A stretch of DNA of 64,000 nucleotides from Mycobacterium sp. (GTDB lineage Bacteria > Actinomycetota > Actinomycetes > Mycobacteriales > Mycobacteriaceae): assembly GCF_965230835.1 (NCBI RefSeq), contig NZ_CBDDLW010000001.1, positions 13,566-77,565 on the forward strand. The letters run 5' to 3'. Below, in pieces: positions 9,851 to 19,692 of the stretch. A program made the position numbers and the translations under genes. The notes beneath the pieces were generated by a model that saw only the letters and a program-made list of their open reading frames with translations, had not been told where the DNA came from and ran no database searches. The first letter of the stretch is position 1; each line of letters begins with the position of its first letter.

Positions 9851-11238
9851 AGGAGGGGCTACGCCCGTGACCAAGCGAGTATCGCCGATTGAGCGTGTGC
9901 GTGTTGAGATGGATCAGTTGTTCGCCGCGACCGAGCGGCCGTTGACCGAGATTTTGGAGGAGGTCGGGCGGTTATCGGTGCGTCTGGTGTTTCAGGTCGC
10001 CGTGGAGGCCGAGGTAGAAGCAGTGTTGGGCCGAGCCCGTCACCAGCGTCGGGTTCAGGACGGCCCGGGCGGGTACCGCAATGGGTATCAACCGCCGGCG
10101 ACGGTGAAGACCACGATGGGCTCGGTCGAATTATGCCGCCCGAAACTACGCGACACCGACGAGCGGTTCTGTTCGCGGCTATTCGGTGCCGGGGTGACGC
10201 GCACCCACGCTCTGGAGGCGTTGGTGATTTCGGGATGGGTGCGCGGTTTGTCGGATCGCGACATCGAGGCCGCGTTGGCCGAGGTGCTGGGCTCGCAGGC
10301 GGCGTTGTCGCGCTCGACGGTGAGCCGGATTTGTGCGGCCATCAAAGACGAGTTCGCTGCGTGGTCGTCTCGACGCCTTGATGAGCTGGTGTTGGACTAC
10401 CTGTTCTTGGATGCCTCGAACTTTCGGATGCATCCCAACGCCCCGGCCGAGCCGGTGCTGGCCGCCTGGGGCATCTGCACCGACGGCAAGCCCCTGTTTA
10501 TTGGGCTGGCCCCAGCCGCAGCGGAGTCGGCTGATGCGTGGGCCGACTTCTTGGCTGACCTGAGGAACCGGGGACTACGCCCGCCGCTACTGGGCATCTC
10601 CGACGGGGCGCCGGGCCTGATCGCCGCATGGGAGACCACGTTTCCGGCAAGCCTGCGTCAGCGGTGTCTGATCCATCGCTGCCGTAACGTCATCGCCAAG
10701 ACACCTGTCGCGGTCCAGGACGAGATCAAAGCCGCGTTCTGGTCGATCTTCGATGACATTGACCAGCCACCCGGCCAGCAGGCCGTGGATGAAGCCACCC
10801 GCCGCGCCGAGGAGTTCACCACCACATACCGCGGGCTCTACCCAGCCGCGGTCGCTTGCCTGGCCAACGACTTCGCCTCGCTGAGCGTGCATTTGCGCTT
10901 CCCCCGCCAACACTGGACACGCATCCGCCATTCCAACCTCATCGAACGCACCTTCGGAGAATCCCGTCGCCGGGTCAAGGTCATCGGCCGCCTACCCGGC
11001 GAAACCAGCTGTCTGTCGCTGGTATGGGCCGTCCTCGACCGCGCCAGCCGCGGCTGGCGCGGAGTCACCCAAACATCAGCGACCAGCCGCCACCTCCAAG
11101 AACTACGCCACCAACTGCTCGAGCCACCCCGCCCACTGCATCCCCCCACCACAACAACCACGACCGACACCACCGCCGCGTAACATGACCACCAGGAACA
11201 TGCGCCCAGCGTTTTTACACCAGTCCTAAGACGCCACC
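9783..11238 (+). mobile_element. IS256-family insertion sequence, 1,456 bp
   Basis: IRL ggtcgcgtctcatcgctggtgtaaa (9783-9807) and IRR tttacaccagtcctaagacgccacc (11214-11238) match at 20/25. Flanks aatcgtga (9775-9782) and aatcgttga (11239-11247) form an imperfect target duplication. Confidence 0.92.
9867..11183 (+). CDS. IS256-family (Mutator-type) DDE transposase
   Basis: AGGAGG RBS, GTG start; YRNGY, LFLDA, ISDG, QRCLIH and SNLIE motifs. Confidence 0.95.
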   Translation: MTKRVSPIERVRVEMDQLFAATERPLTEILEEVGRLSVRLVFQVAVEAEVEAVLGRARHQRRVQDGPGGYRNGYQPPATVKTTMGSVELCRPKLRDTDERFCSRLFGAGVTRTHALEALVISGWVRGLSDRDIEAALAEVLGSQAALSRSTVSRICAAIKDEFAAWSSRRLDELVLDYLFLDASNFRMHPNAPAEPVLAAWGICTDGKPLFIGLAPAAAESADAWADFLADLRNRGLRPPLLGISDGAPGLIAAWETTFPASLRQRCLIHRCRNVIAKTPVAVQDEIKAAFWSIFDDIDQPPGQQAVDEATRRAEEFTTTYRGLYPAAVACLANDFASLSVHLRFPRQHWTRIRHSNLIERTFGESRRRVKVIGRLPGETSCLSLVWAVLDRASRGWRGVTQTSATSRHLQELRHQLLEPPRPLHPPTTTTTTDTTAA

Positions 11239-11246
11239 AATCGTTG

Positions 11247-11309
11247 ACGTTGCTTGCTGTCTGGCAGATTAGCGAGACCAAAGGCAGTGACCTGACGGCC
11301 ACAACCTGA
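11247..11309 (+). pseudogene. Detached 3' end of the MFS gene
   Basis: Reads TLLAVWQISETKGSDLTATT-stop, a typical MFS TM12 plus ETKG tail, in frame with GIV when the left target copy is used. Confidence 0.85.
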
Positions 11310-11381
11310 AAGCGCCAATCCGAGGGCGCGCGATCAATCACACAGCCGGTCAACGGACAATATTGACAGTTCCGTTCTGGC

Positions 11382-12929
11382 TTAGCGTCGTGCGTGGCGC
11401 GCCGACTTGTCTAGCTTGCGTAGGGCGGCGTCGAGTTGCTCACGGCAACTGTCAGCCAGGTCGGCTTCCCGTTGATAGAGCAGGCCGTAAGTGAACGTGT
11501 CCTCTCCCGCAGCATGCGCTGCATTGGCTTCGTGAATCAGGCGCTCCCGGCTGACCACGCTGTCCTGATGGTCGCCGAGTAACGTCTGAATGGCTTTAGC
11601 CTGCTGGGACACCTCTTTCGCTCCGGTCGCTGCCGCGGTGTAGCGCAGGCGCTTGGCGCGCTTACGGATCTGGTGTAGCGCCTCGTTGTGCTGTGCGCCA
11701 TCGTCCGGGTCGCCTTGAGCGGCGGCGTTCGCCGCCTTTGCGGCCTTTCGGACCCGCCTGTACGCCGCTTCTATTCCCACCGGGGCCACCGGTTCGACTG
11801 CCTGGCCGGAACTGGCGGCCGGGCGTATAGCAACCATTTCGTCGAGAGCGTCGAGGAGCCGGAAATAGCGTTGCGATCGCATTGCGACCAACGAACGGCG
11901 CAGCCCTGTTTGATAGCGGCGTTGTGCGTCGTTGACCAGACGTTCCCGAACCCGACCACGCACCAACGCGGGTGCGAGCCGATTCAGTTCGCACTGGTAA
12001 CGCTCGCCGAGCACCTCCGCGTCGCGTGCCACGCCGAGGACTCCGGCCAGCTCGCGAAGTTCGTCGATGACCCACGCGTTGTCGGACAGTCCGAACAAAT
12101 CCTGAGACTCACGGAGCAGACTTCGGATCTTGCGTATGGTGACCCGCATCTGGTGTACGGCATCATGGGCGTCGGCACGCACCGCGCGATCCCATGCCAG
12201 CAGCTCAGCTACTTGTTGGGCCACCGCACGGTGTACTGGGTCTGACGGTTGCGTGCCGGCGGGCGCAGGCTTCACGTTGAGCACCCGCGCCAGCTTGGAT
12301 CCGTGCCCCGCCGGCGAACCGCCCGCATCGAGCAGCCGGTTGCTCAGCCGATCCAGTAGTTCCCGGTCGGCTGAACCGTTTGATGCCACGATTTCTAACT
12401 CCCATTCGCGCCACTGTTGCGCGGCCGGGTCCGAGTCGGAGCTATCGCACTTTGTGCTGGACCGGGCGGTAACGCGATCGTTGCAGAACTCGGCTACAGC
12501 GACGCCGCGGCCGTCGTACAACACTTGGCTTTCGCGCTCGGTCGTGATCTGGGCGACCGGTTCAACCGGTCGGTCACGAACAATCGCAAGCACGACATCG
12601 AGCAACTCTGTGGGCGCGGTGTTCCCAGCAGCGCCGCCGCATGGGGCAAGCGGCATTCTCAACTCCGTGCGGGCGTCGGGTCCAGCCGGCAGTTTGAGGT
12701 GCCAACCGGGGTCCTGGCCACCGGTGCGGCGGCGCAGGGTGACCCGGTTGCGCGCCAGGTCTTGTGCGGGCGTGTCGAAATACACCGCATCCAGCGATTG
12801 GACGGGCAACTTTTCGACGCGGGCCACCGCTGCGATGCCGTCGAATGACGGCGGCACTGTGGATTCGACGGCGTCGAACTTGCGCTCCACCTCCAGCTGA
12901 CGCGACGCTTTTGACGCTTTTACAGGCAT
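11382..12929 (-). CDS. CYTH plus CHAD domain protein (Rv2226-like)
   Basis: EVERKF, LRRRTGG, WHLK and WREWELE CYTH motifs; CHAD motifs VHQMRV and LHQIRK; GGAGG RBS. Confidence 0.93.
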   Translation of the reverse strand: MPVKASKASRQLEVERKFDAVESTVPPSFDGIAAVARVEKLPVQSLDAVYFDTPAQDLARNRVTLRRRTGGQDPGWHLKLPAGPDARTELRMPLAPCGGAAGNTAPTELLDVVLAIVRDRPVEPVAQITTERESQVLYDGRGVAVAEFCNDRVTARSSTKCDSSDSDPAAQQWREWELEIVASNGSADRELLDRLSNRLLDAGGSPAGHGSKLARVLNVKPAPAGTQPSDPVHRAVAQQVAELLAWDRAVRADAHDAVHQMRVTIRKIRSLLRESQDLFGLSDNAWVIDELRELAGVLGVARDAEVLGERYQCELNRLAPALVRGRVRERLVNDAQRRYQTGLRRSLVAMRSQRYFRLLDALDEMVAIRPAASSGQAVEPVAPVGIEAAYRRVRKAAKAANAAAQGDPDDGAQHNEALHQIRKRAKRLRYTAAATGAKEVSQQAKAIQTLLGDHQDSVVSRERLIHEANAAHAAGEDTFTYGLLYQREADLADSCREQLDAALRKLDKSARHARR

Positions 12930-13052
12930 TGCCGCCTCCGGTGAAAACACGCTGCCACGATGCTGGGCGGTCGTGTGTGGTCGTGTCGCTGTGGCTGTCT
13001 CCGCAGCGGGTCTGGCTGGCGCTCGCCTCGGACATTCGAGGCCGAACTCACC

Positions 13053-13301
13053 TTAGGGCGGTGGTGGCGGCGGATAGTCTTCGGGCAGCGGGGCGTAGTA
13101 GCCGGGTGGCGGGGCATAGCGGGAAATGGCATCGGCGACATTGGCGCACCCAATCACCGAAACACGCCGACCCACGTTGACGCACACATCGGCTTGGGCA
13201 ACGCCTGTAGACCGCACTATAGCCGTAGCCCCGAAACCCAGGGCAAACGTCGACAAGATCAGCAGAGCCAATAGGTGCCTGGTCCAACCGTGTCGCTTCA
13301 T
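13053..13301 (-). CDS. Small secreted Cys-pair, Pro-rich protein (82 aa)
   Basis: GGAGG RBS; signal peptide ending VAQA-D; CVNVGRRVSVIGC; poly-Pro tail. Confidence 0.75.
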   Translation of the reverse strand: MKRHGWTRHLLALLILSTFALGFGATAIVRSTGVAQADVCVNVGRRVSVIGCANVADAISRYAPPPGYYAPLPEDYPPPPPP

Positions 13302-13505
13302 CCTCGATCTCCTCCCTAACACCACCGAGTCGGTGTCGCAGTTCGGCGGGCGGACTGAGGATTGGAGTATATCGACCAAAGGGTATCCAGCCGGTCGTAC
13401 GGGTTGGGCTTGTTTGGTCGATGCCAATCACCTAAACCGCATATCGTCTTCGGCATCAGCGACCGCTGCGGCTCGGCTGTCAGATATCTGATGAAGGAGC
13501 TTTCC

Positions 13506-13877
13506 ATGATATTTGTTGGTTGTTTCCCATCCCGCATCGTTGCTGGTGGAATAGTCGCCGCCGCGTTGAGCGCAACCACGTATCTGGGTTCGACCGGCTT
13601 GGCATCTGCCGAACCCGCGCCGGCAGCGCCGAACTGTACGGCTGCCGACGTGGCCGGGGTGTCGGCAGGCGTTGCTGCGGCCACATCCGTCTACTTGTTC
13701 ACACATCCTGAAGTCAACGACTATTTCACCAGTTTGAAGGGCCAGTCGCGCGGGGATATGCGCGATCAGCTGCAGCAGTACATGGATTCTCATCCGCAGG
13801 TGCACGCTGAACTTCGGGGCATTCGTCAGCCCTTGACCGATCTGAAAAACCGGTGCGGCGAGATAGTCGCAGACTGA
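13506..13877 (+). CDS. Secreted hemophore-related (Rv0203-like, MHB family) protein
   Basis: AAGGAG RBS; signal peptide ending ASA-E; NCTAADV...YLFTHPEVN...HPQV...RQPLTDLKNRC pattern. Confidence 0.8.
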   Translation: MIFVGCFPSRIVAGGIVAAALSATTYLGSTGLASAEPAPAAPNCTAADVAGVSAGVAAATSVYLFTHPEVNDYFTSLKGQSRGDMRDQLQQYMDSHPQVHAELRGIRQPLTDLKNRCGEIVAD

Positions 13878-13913
13878 AGATGGCGCTGGACGCCCGGCGA
13901 TTCGGATGCGATT

Positions 13914-14762
13914 TCAGAAGCAGTGTTCGTCAGCTGGAAATACGCCGCCGGCTACTTCGTCCGCGTATTTCATTGCTGCACTTCGCAGTTCACTGGCAAT
14001 GTCTGCGTATCGCTTGACGAATCGGGGGGGTTTACCGCTGCTCATGCCGGCCATGTCCTGCCATACCAGGACCTGGCCGTCACAGTTGGGACCGGCTCCG
14101 ATCCCGATTGTGGGAATGGTGAGCTTGCCGGTGATCTGGGTGGCCAGCTCGGCCGGGACCATCTCCATCACGACCGAAAACGCTCCCGCCTCGGCGACGG
14201 CGATCGCGTCCGCGATCGTTTGTTCCGAAGCGTCACCGCGGCCCTGCACCCGGAAGCCACCCAAACTGTTGACGCTTTGCGGGGTAAAGCCGATATGGGC
14301 CATCACCGGGATGCCCGCGGCGGCCAGGCAGGCGATCTGCTCGGCTACTCGCTCACCGCCCTCAAGCTTGACTGCGTGCGCGCCGCCCTCTTTCATGAAC
14401 CTGGTGGCGCTGGCTAGCGCGGCAGCAGGTCCAGCTTCGTAGCTGCCAAATGGCAAGTCGGCGACTACCAAGGCGTTCTGCGCGCCCCGCGCTACGCCGC
14501 GGACGAGCGGGAGCAGCTCGTCAATCGAAACGGGCAGCGTGGTGTCATAGCCGTAGACCACGTTGGCGGCTGAATCACCGATCAGCAGAACCGGTATGCC
14601 GGCCTCGTCGAAGATTCGGGCGGTCGTGTAGTCGTAGGTCGTGAGCATGGCCCACTTTTGGCCTTCGGCCTTCATTTTCTGAAGGTGGTGGGTGCGGATC
14701 TTGGTCCGGGGCGTGGCAGGCGGGTTGGATGGGCCAGGCCCATAGATATTCTGCTCAGACAT
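13914..14762 (-). CDS. panB: 3-methyl-2-oxobutanoate hydroxymethyltransferase
   Basis: [21 protein letters not shown] and HIGFTPQS motifs. Confidence 0.97.
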   Translation of the reverse strand: MSEQNIYGPGPSNPPATPRTKIRTHHLQKMKAEGQKWAMLTTYDYTTARIFDEAGIPVLLIGDSAANVVYGYDTTLPVSIDELLPLVRGVARGAQNALVVADLPFGSYEAGPAAALASATRFMKEGGAHAVKLEGGERVAEQIACLAAAGIPVMAHIGFTPQSVNSLGGFRVQGRGDASEQTIADAIAVAEAGAFSVVMEMVPAELATQITGKLTIPTIGIGAGPNCDGQVLVWQDMAGMSSGKPPRFVKRYADIASELRSAAMKYADEVAGGVFPADEHCF

Positions 14763-14905
14763 CACTGTCCTTAAGGGATGGTCGGGTCGATCCTCGTGGC
14801 CCTCAGGTCTAGCGCTGGTGGGTCCCCGGGTTCGTCTGACCCCAATAGTCTGCCATCTGTTCCGCGCGGGTGCACCACGCGCCCCCATCCGCATACCATC
14901 GACAC

Positions 14906-16297
14906 ATGCAGCGGCTCAGTGGGCTCGATGCCAGCTTTCTGTATCTGGAAACCTCCACTCAGCCTCTGCATGTTTGCTCGATCATGGAGTTGGATACCTC
15001 GACAGCGCCGGGCGGCTATACCTTCGACCGCTTGCGTGACGCGTTGTCGCTGCGGCTCAAGGCGATGCCGGAGTTCCGCGAAAAGCTTGCCAACAGCCCC
15101 CTGAACCTCGACCATCCGGTCTGGGTGGATGACAACAACTTCAGAGTCGATCGGCATTTGCATCGCATCGGGTTGCCGCCACCTGGCGGGCGGGCTGAAT
15201 TGTCGGAGATCTGCGGTCATATTGCGTCGTTACCGCTGGACCGCAACCGGCCGCTGTGGGAGATGTGGGTCATTGAAGGTGTGGCGGGCACTGACTGCCA
15301 TCGCGACGGCCGGGTGGCGCTAATGGCCAAGGTTCACCATGCTGGCGTGGACGGGGTGACAGGGGCCAACCTTATGTCGCAGCTGTGCACCACCGAAGCC
15401 GATGCGCCCGCCCCCGATCCGGTGGACGGCGTCGGCGGCGCCAGCGGCTGGCAGATCGCTGCTGGCGGACTATTGAAGTTTGCCGGCAGGCCACTGCAGC
15501 TGGCCAACATGGTGCCGGAGACGGTGTCCTCGTTGGTCTCGACACTGCAGCGGGCGCGTGACGGCCGGACTATGGCGCGCCCGTTCACTGCGCCGAGAAC
15601 CGCATTCAACGCCACCATCAGCGGCCGCCGAAACATCGCCTACGCCGAGCTGGATCTCGAGGACATCAAGACGGTGAAGAATTACTTCGGAGTCAAGGTC
15701 AACGACGTGGTGATGGCTTTGGTCTCCGGGGTGCTCCGGCAATACTTGGCTGACCGCAAAATCTTGCCTGATTCGTCGCTCGTCGCAATGGTGCCGGTGT
15801 CGGTGCACGGAAAATCTGATCGTGCCGGGCGCAACCAGGTTTCGGGAATGTTTTCCAGTCTGGAAACTCAAATTGTCGACCCGGTCGAGCGTCTGAAGGC
15901 TATTGCCGAAGCTAATTCCGTTGCTAAGCAACATAGTTCAGCAATCGGTGCCACGCTCTTGCAGGATTGGTCAGAGTTCGCCGCGCCGGCGGTCTTCGGT
16001 GCCGCGATGCGGGTCTATGCCCGGACCCGGTTTACCGAGAGCCTGCCGGTGCACAATCTGGTGATCTCCAATGTGCCGGGTCCGCAAATCCCGCTTTACA
16101 TGTTGGGCTGCGAGGTCAAGGCGATGTACCCGCTAGGGCCGATCTTTCACGGCTCAGGACTCAATATCACCGTGATGTCGCTGAACGGTAGTCTCGACGT
16201 CGGGCTCATCGCATGCCCAGAACTGCTGCCGGACCTGTGGGAAATGGCTGACGAGTTTGCCCGTGGCATGGAAGAACTGGTGGCAGGGACCCGGTAA
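14906..16297 (+). CDS. Wax ester synthase / diacylglycerol acyltransferase (WS/DGAT)
   Basis: [12 protein letters not shown] start, LDRNRPLWE, catalytic HHAGVDG, KVNDVV and [10 protein letters not shown]. Confidence 0.93.
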   Translation: MQRLSGLDASFLYLETSTQPLHVCSIMELDTSTAPGGYTFDRLRDALSLRLKAMPEFREKLANSPLNLDHPVWVDDNNFRVDRHLHRIGLPPPGGRAELSEICGHIASLPLDRNRPLWEMWVIEGVAGTDCHRDGRVALMAKVHHAGVDGVTGANLMSQLCTTEADAPAPDPVDGVGGASGWQIAAGGLLKFAGRPLQLANMVPETVSSLVSTLQRARDGRTMARPFTAPRTAFNATISGRRNIAYAELDLEDIKTVKNYFGVKVNDVVMALVSGVLRQYLADRKILPDSSLVAMVPVSVHGKSDRAGRNQVSGMFSSLETQIVDPVERLKAIAEANSVAKQHSSAIGATLLQDWSEFAAPAVFGAAMRVYARTRFTESLPVHNLVISNVPGPQIPLYMLGCEVKAMYPLGPIFHGSGLNITVMSLNGSLDVGLIACPELLPDLWEMADEFARGMEELVAGTR

Positions 16298-16334
16298 CCA
16301 CGGTTTTCCAGCGATCTCTGGCAGCATAGAAGGT

Positions 16335-17888
16335 ATGGGCTTTTTTCGCCGCGACAAGATCGCGCGCATGCTGCTGATCTGGACCGTGATTGCCGCCGTG
16401 GCGATGGTTCTCTCGGGCTGCATCCGCGTGGTCGATGGGCGCGCGCACATGTCCGAGCCGAAGCTGGGTGAGCCGATTGAGTGGAAGCCGTGCCGATCCC
16501 TCGGCGGGGTGGAAATCCCCGGCGGTGCGCTGTGCGGCAAGCTCGCCGTGCCGGTCAACTACGACCGTCCCGAGGGCGCCGTGGTGTCGCTAGCGATGAT
16601 TCGTTTTCCGGCGACAGGAGACAAGATCGGTTCGCTGGTAATCAATCCGGGTGGCCCCGGTGAATCCGGCATCGAGGCCGCGTTGGGCGTTTTCCAGACA
16701 TTGCCCAATCGGGTTCACGAGCGGTTCGACCTTGTTGGGTTCGACCCCCGTGGGGTGGGGTCTTCGCGGCCGGCGATTTGGTGCAACTCCGACGCGGACA
16801 ACGACCGGCTTCGCGCCGAGCCTCAGGTTGACTACAGCCCGGCAGGCGTGGCGCGAACGGAGAACGAAACCAAGCAATTTGTCGGTCGCTGCGTCGACAA
16901 GATGGGCAAGAACTTCCTGGAGAATGTCGGGACGGTCAACGTCGCTAGGGATCTGGATGCCATCCGCGCGGCGCTAGGTGACGATAAATTGACCTACCTC
17001 GGCTACTCCTATGGCACGCGGATCGGCAGCGCCTACGCCGAAGCCTATCCACAGCGGGTACGGGCGATGATCCTGGACGGTGCTGTCGACCCCAACGCCG
17101 ATCCCATCGAGGCGAACTTGCGCCAGGCCAAAGGATTCCAGGAAGCATTCAACGACTATGCCGCCGACTGCGCCAACGACTCGACCTGTCCGCTGGGCAC
17201 TGACCCGGCTAAAGCGGTTGATGTCTACCACAGCCTGGTTGACCCGCTGGTCGACCCTGACGACCTTACGGTCAGCCGGCCGGTACCGACGAAGGACCCG
17301 CGCGGGCTGAGCTACAACGACGCGATCGTGGGCACCATCATGGCGCTGTACTCACCCAATTTCTGGCACCACTTGACCGACGGGCTGGCAGAGCTAGTAG
17401 ACCATCGCGGAGATACGCTGCTTGCTCTGGCCGACATGTACATGCGACGCGATGGTAGCGGGCATTACTCCAATGCCACTGATGCGCGAGTGGCGATCAA
17501 TTGTGTTGACCAGCCTGCGATTACCGATCGTTCTAAGGTCATCGAGGAAGACCGCCGAGCACGTGAGGTTGCGCCGTTTATGAACTACGGCAAATTCACT
17601 GGCCACGCGCCACTGGGTACCTGCGCATTCTGGCCAGTCCCGCCGAGCAGCAAGCCGCATACCATCTCGGCTCCCGGCTTGGTGCCGACGGTTGTGGTAT
17701 CGACCACGCATGATCCGGCGACGCCCTACAAGGCCGGAGTTGATTTGGCGAGTCAGCTTCGCGGCTCCCTGCTGACCTTCAACGGTACCCAGCACACCGT
17801 GGTGTTTCAGGGCGACAGTTGTATTGACAACTACGTGACGGCGTATCTGATCGGCGGCACGACACCGCCCAGCGGTGCCAAGTGTTAG
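16335..17888 (+). CDS. hip1: Lipoprotein serine protease/carboxylesterase Hip1 (CaeA, Rv2224c-like)
   Basis: Lipobox LSGC, INPGGPG, GFDPRGVG, nucleophile GYSYG, DPATP, GTQH. Confidence 0.92.
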   Translation: MGFFRRDKIARMLLIWTVIAAVAMVLSGCIRVVDGRAHMSEPKLGEPIEWKPCRSLGGVEIPGGALCGKLAVPVNYDRPEGAVVSLAMIRFPATGDKIGSLVINPGGPGESGIEAALGVFQTLPNRVHERFDLVGFDPRGVGSSRPAIWCNSDADNDRLRAEPQVDYSPAGVARTENETKQFVGRCVDKMGKNFLENVGTVNVARDLDAIRAALGDDKLTYLGYSYGTRIGSAYAEAYPQRVRAMILDGAVDPNADPIEANLRQAKGFQEAFNDYAADCANDSTCPLGTDPAKAVDVYHSLVDPLVDPDDLTVSRPVPTKDPRGLSYNDAIVGTIMALYSPNFWHHLTDGLAELVDHRGDTLLALADMYMRRDGSGHYSNATDARVAINCVDQPAITDRSKVIEEDRRAREVAPFMNYGKFTGHAPLGTCAFWPVPPSSKPHTISAPGLVPTVVVSTTHDPATPYKAGVDLASQLRGSLLTFNGTQHTVVFQGDSCIDNYVTAYLIGGTTPPSGAKC

Positions 17889-18022
17889 CGTTGCGCTAGG
17901 CGCCGATGCGGCCCGCGCTCGGCGCGGCGCGGCGGAGGCTTGCCGTTCTCCGGTACGTGCCGATTGACTAGAGATCAAGGCGTGACCATTTCGCGCCGCC
18001 ACAGGTATTAGAGAGTGAGACG

Positions 18023-19591
18023 ATGGCGGCCATGTGGCGCCTGAGACAGTTGAGTTTGGCGCTGGTATCGGTAGGGCTGTTGTTGGCCAGTCAATCTGTG
18101 GCAGCACCGCTTCGGGCCAGCGCGACACCAGAACCCGATGCCGGTCAGAACACCAACCCAGTGCCGGCGGTCGTCGCGCCGCCCCAAGCCTGGGGTTCGT
18201 GCAGCGGATTCATCGGAGACACCCGCGTCATCCCGACCGCGCAGTGCACGACGGTGTCGGTCCCGATCGACTACGACAACTCCGGTGGGCCACAAGCCAA
18301 GTTGGCGCTGATTCGCGTTCCCGCGACTGGTCAGCGGATCGGTTCGTTGCTTGTCAACCCCGGGGGGCCCGGGGCGTCTGCGGTCAACACGGTCGCCTCG
18401 ATGGCGCCAGCTCTGAAAGACACCGACCTCACTCGCCACTTCGACCTGGTGGGCTTCGACCCAAGAGGGGTCGGGCATTCGACGCCTCTGCTGCGCTGCC
18501 GCACCGACGCCGAATTCGACGCCTACCGGCGAGAGCCGATGGCCGATTACAGCCCGGCTGGCGTTGCGCACATCGAGCAGCTCTATCGACAATTAGCGCA
18601 ACAGTGTGTCGACCGCATGGGCCCGGGATTCCTGGCTCACGTCGGCACGGCATCGGCCGCTCGCGACATGGATATGGTTCGTAAGGCACTGGGCGACGAT
18701 CAGATCAGCTATCTCGGATTTAGCTATGGCACGGAGTTGGGGACTGCCTACCTCGAGACGTTCGGCACCCATGTGCGAGCAATGGTGCTCGACGGCGCGA
18801 TCGACCCGACCAGGGGCCCGATCGAAGAAAATGTCAACCAAATGGCCGGATTCCAGACTGCCTTCAACGACTATGCCGCGGACTGCGCCCGCTCGGCGGC
18901 CTGCCCATTGGGCACCGATCCGGCCCAATGGGTCAACCGTTTCCACGCCCTTGTTGATCCGCTGGTTGACAAACCGGGACCGACCTCGGATCCCCGTGGA
19001 TTGAGCTATTCCGACGCAATCACCGGCACCATCAACGCGCTCTACACTCCGCAGCGGTGGAAGTTTTTGACTAGTGGTCTGCTTGGACTGCAGCGCCGCA
19101 CTGACGCAGGCGACCTGCTGTTGCTTGCAGACGACTACGACGGTCGCGACAGCGCCGGGCACTACAGCAACGACCAGGACGCGTTCAACGCGATCCGTTG
19201 CGTCGACGCGCCAACGCCGACGGATCCGGCCGCCTGGGTGGACGCTGACCGGCGGTTCCGCCAAGCCGCGCCGTTTGTTAGCTACGGGCAGTTCACCGGT
19301 TATGCGCCGCGTGATCTTTGCGCAGTGTGGCCGGTCCCGGCGACCTCGGCGCCGCACGCCGCCGCGCCGGTCGCGCGGGGTAAGGCCATCGTGGTCTCGA
19401 CCGTGCACGACCCGGCCACCCCATATCAGGCCGGGGTGGACCTGGCTCGCCAACTTGGTGCCCCGCTGATCACCTTTGACGGCACCCAGCACACCGCGGT
19501 GTTCGGTGGCAACCAGTGCATCGATACCGCAGTGCTCGGCTACCTGCTCAATGGGACGCTGCCGCCGCCGAATCTGCGTTGCCGGCCTTAG
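18023..19591 (+). CDS. caeB: Exported alpha/beta-hydrolase CaeB (Rv2223c-like)
   Basis: Signal peptide, VNPGGPG, GFSYG, DPATP, GTQH; tandem paralog of hip1. Confidence 0.9.
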   Translation: MAAMWRLRQLSLALVSVGLLLASQSVAAPLRASATPEPDAGQNTNPVPAVVAPPQAWGSCSGFIGDTRVIPTAQCTTVSVPIDYDNSGGPQAKLALIRVPATGQRIGSLLVNPGGPGASAVNTVASMAPALKDTDLTRHFDLVGFDPRGVGHSTPLLRCRTDAEFDAYRREPMADYSPAGVAHIEQLYRQLAQQCVDRMGPGFLAHVGTASAARDMDMVRKALGDDQISYLGFSYGTELGTAYLETFGTHVRAMVLDGAIDPTRGPIEENVNQMAGFQTAFNDYAADCARSAACPLGTDPAQWVNRFHALVDPLVDKPGPTSDPRGLSYSDAITGTINALYTPQRWKFLTSGLLGLQRRTDAGDLLLLADDYDGRDSAGHYSNDQDAFNAIRCVDAPTPTDPAAWVDADRRFRQAAPFVSYGQFTGYAPRDLCAVWPVPATSAPHAAAPVARGKAIVVSTVHDPATPYQAGVDLARQLGAPLITFDGTQHTAVFGGNQCIDTAVLGYLLNGTLPPPNLRCRP

Positions 19592-19653
19592 GTCGACCCC
19601 GGCTCGCCAGCCGCCCACTTCGGAAGTCCCGAGAGGCCGCTGGCCGAACCCCG

Positions 19654-19669
19654 GTTACACAGAATTAAT
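19654..19669 (+). promoter_or_regulatory. Possible GlnR box upstream of glnA2
   Basis: GTTAC-N6-TTAAT resembles the GlnR a/b site gTnAc-n6-GaAAc; second half degenerate. Confidence 0.35.
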
Positions 19670-19679
19670 AGGACTTGCA

Positions 19680-19685
19680 TAGTGT
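19680..19685 (+). promoter_or_regulatory. SigA-type -10 box, probable leaderless glnA2 transcript
   Basis: TAGTGT (TANNNT) exactly 7 nt before ATG 19693; no clear RBS. Confidence 0.5.
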
Positions 19686-19692
19686 TCGAGGC

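Noticed and set aside
11310-11381. Search for an attR copy of the rnpB 3' end
   Set aside because: Only a 6-bp ggctta match was found, which is not significant.
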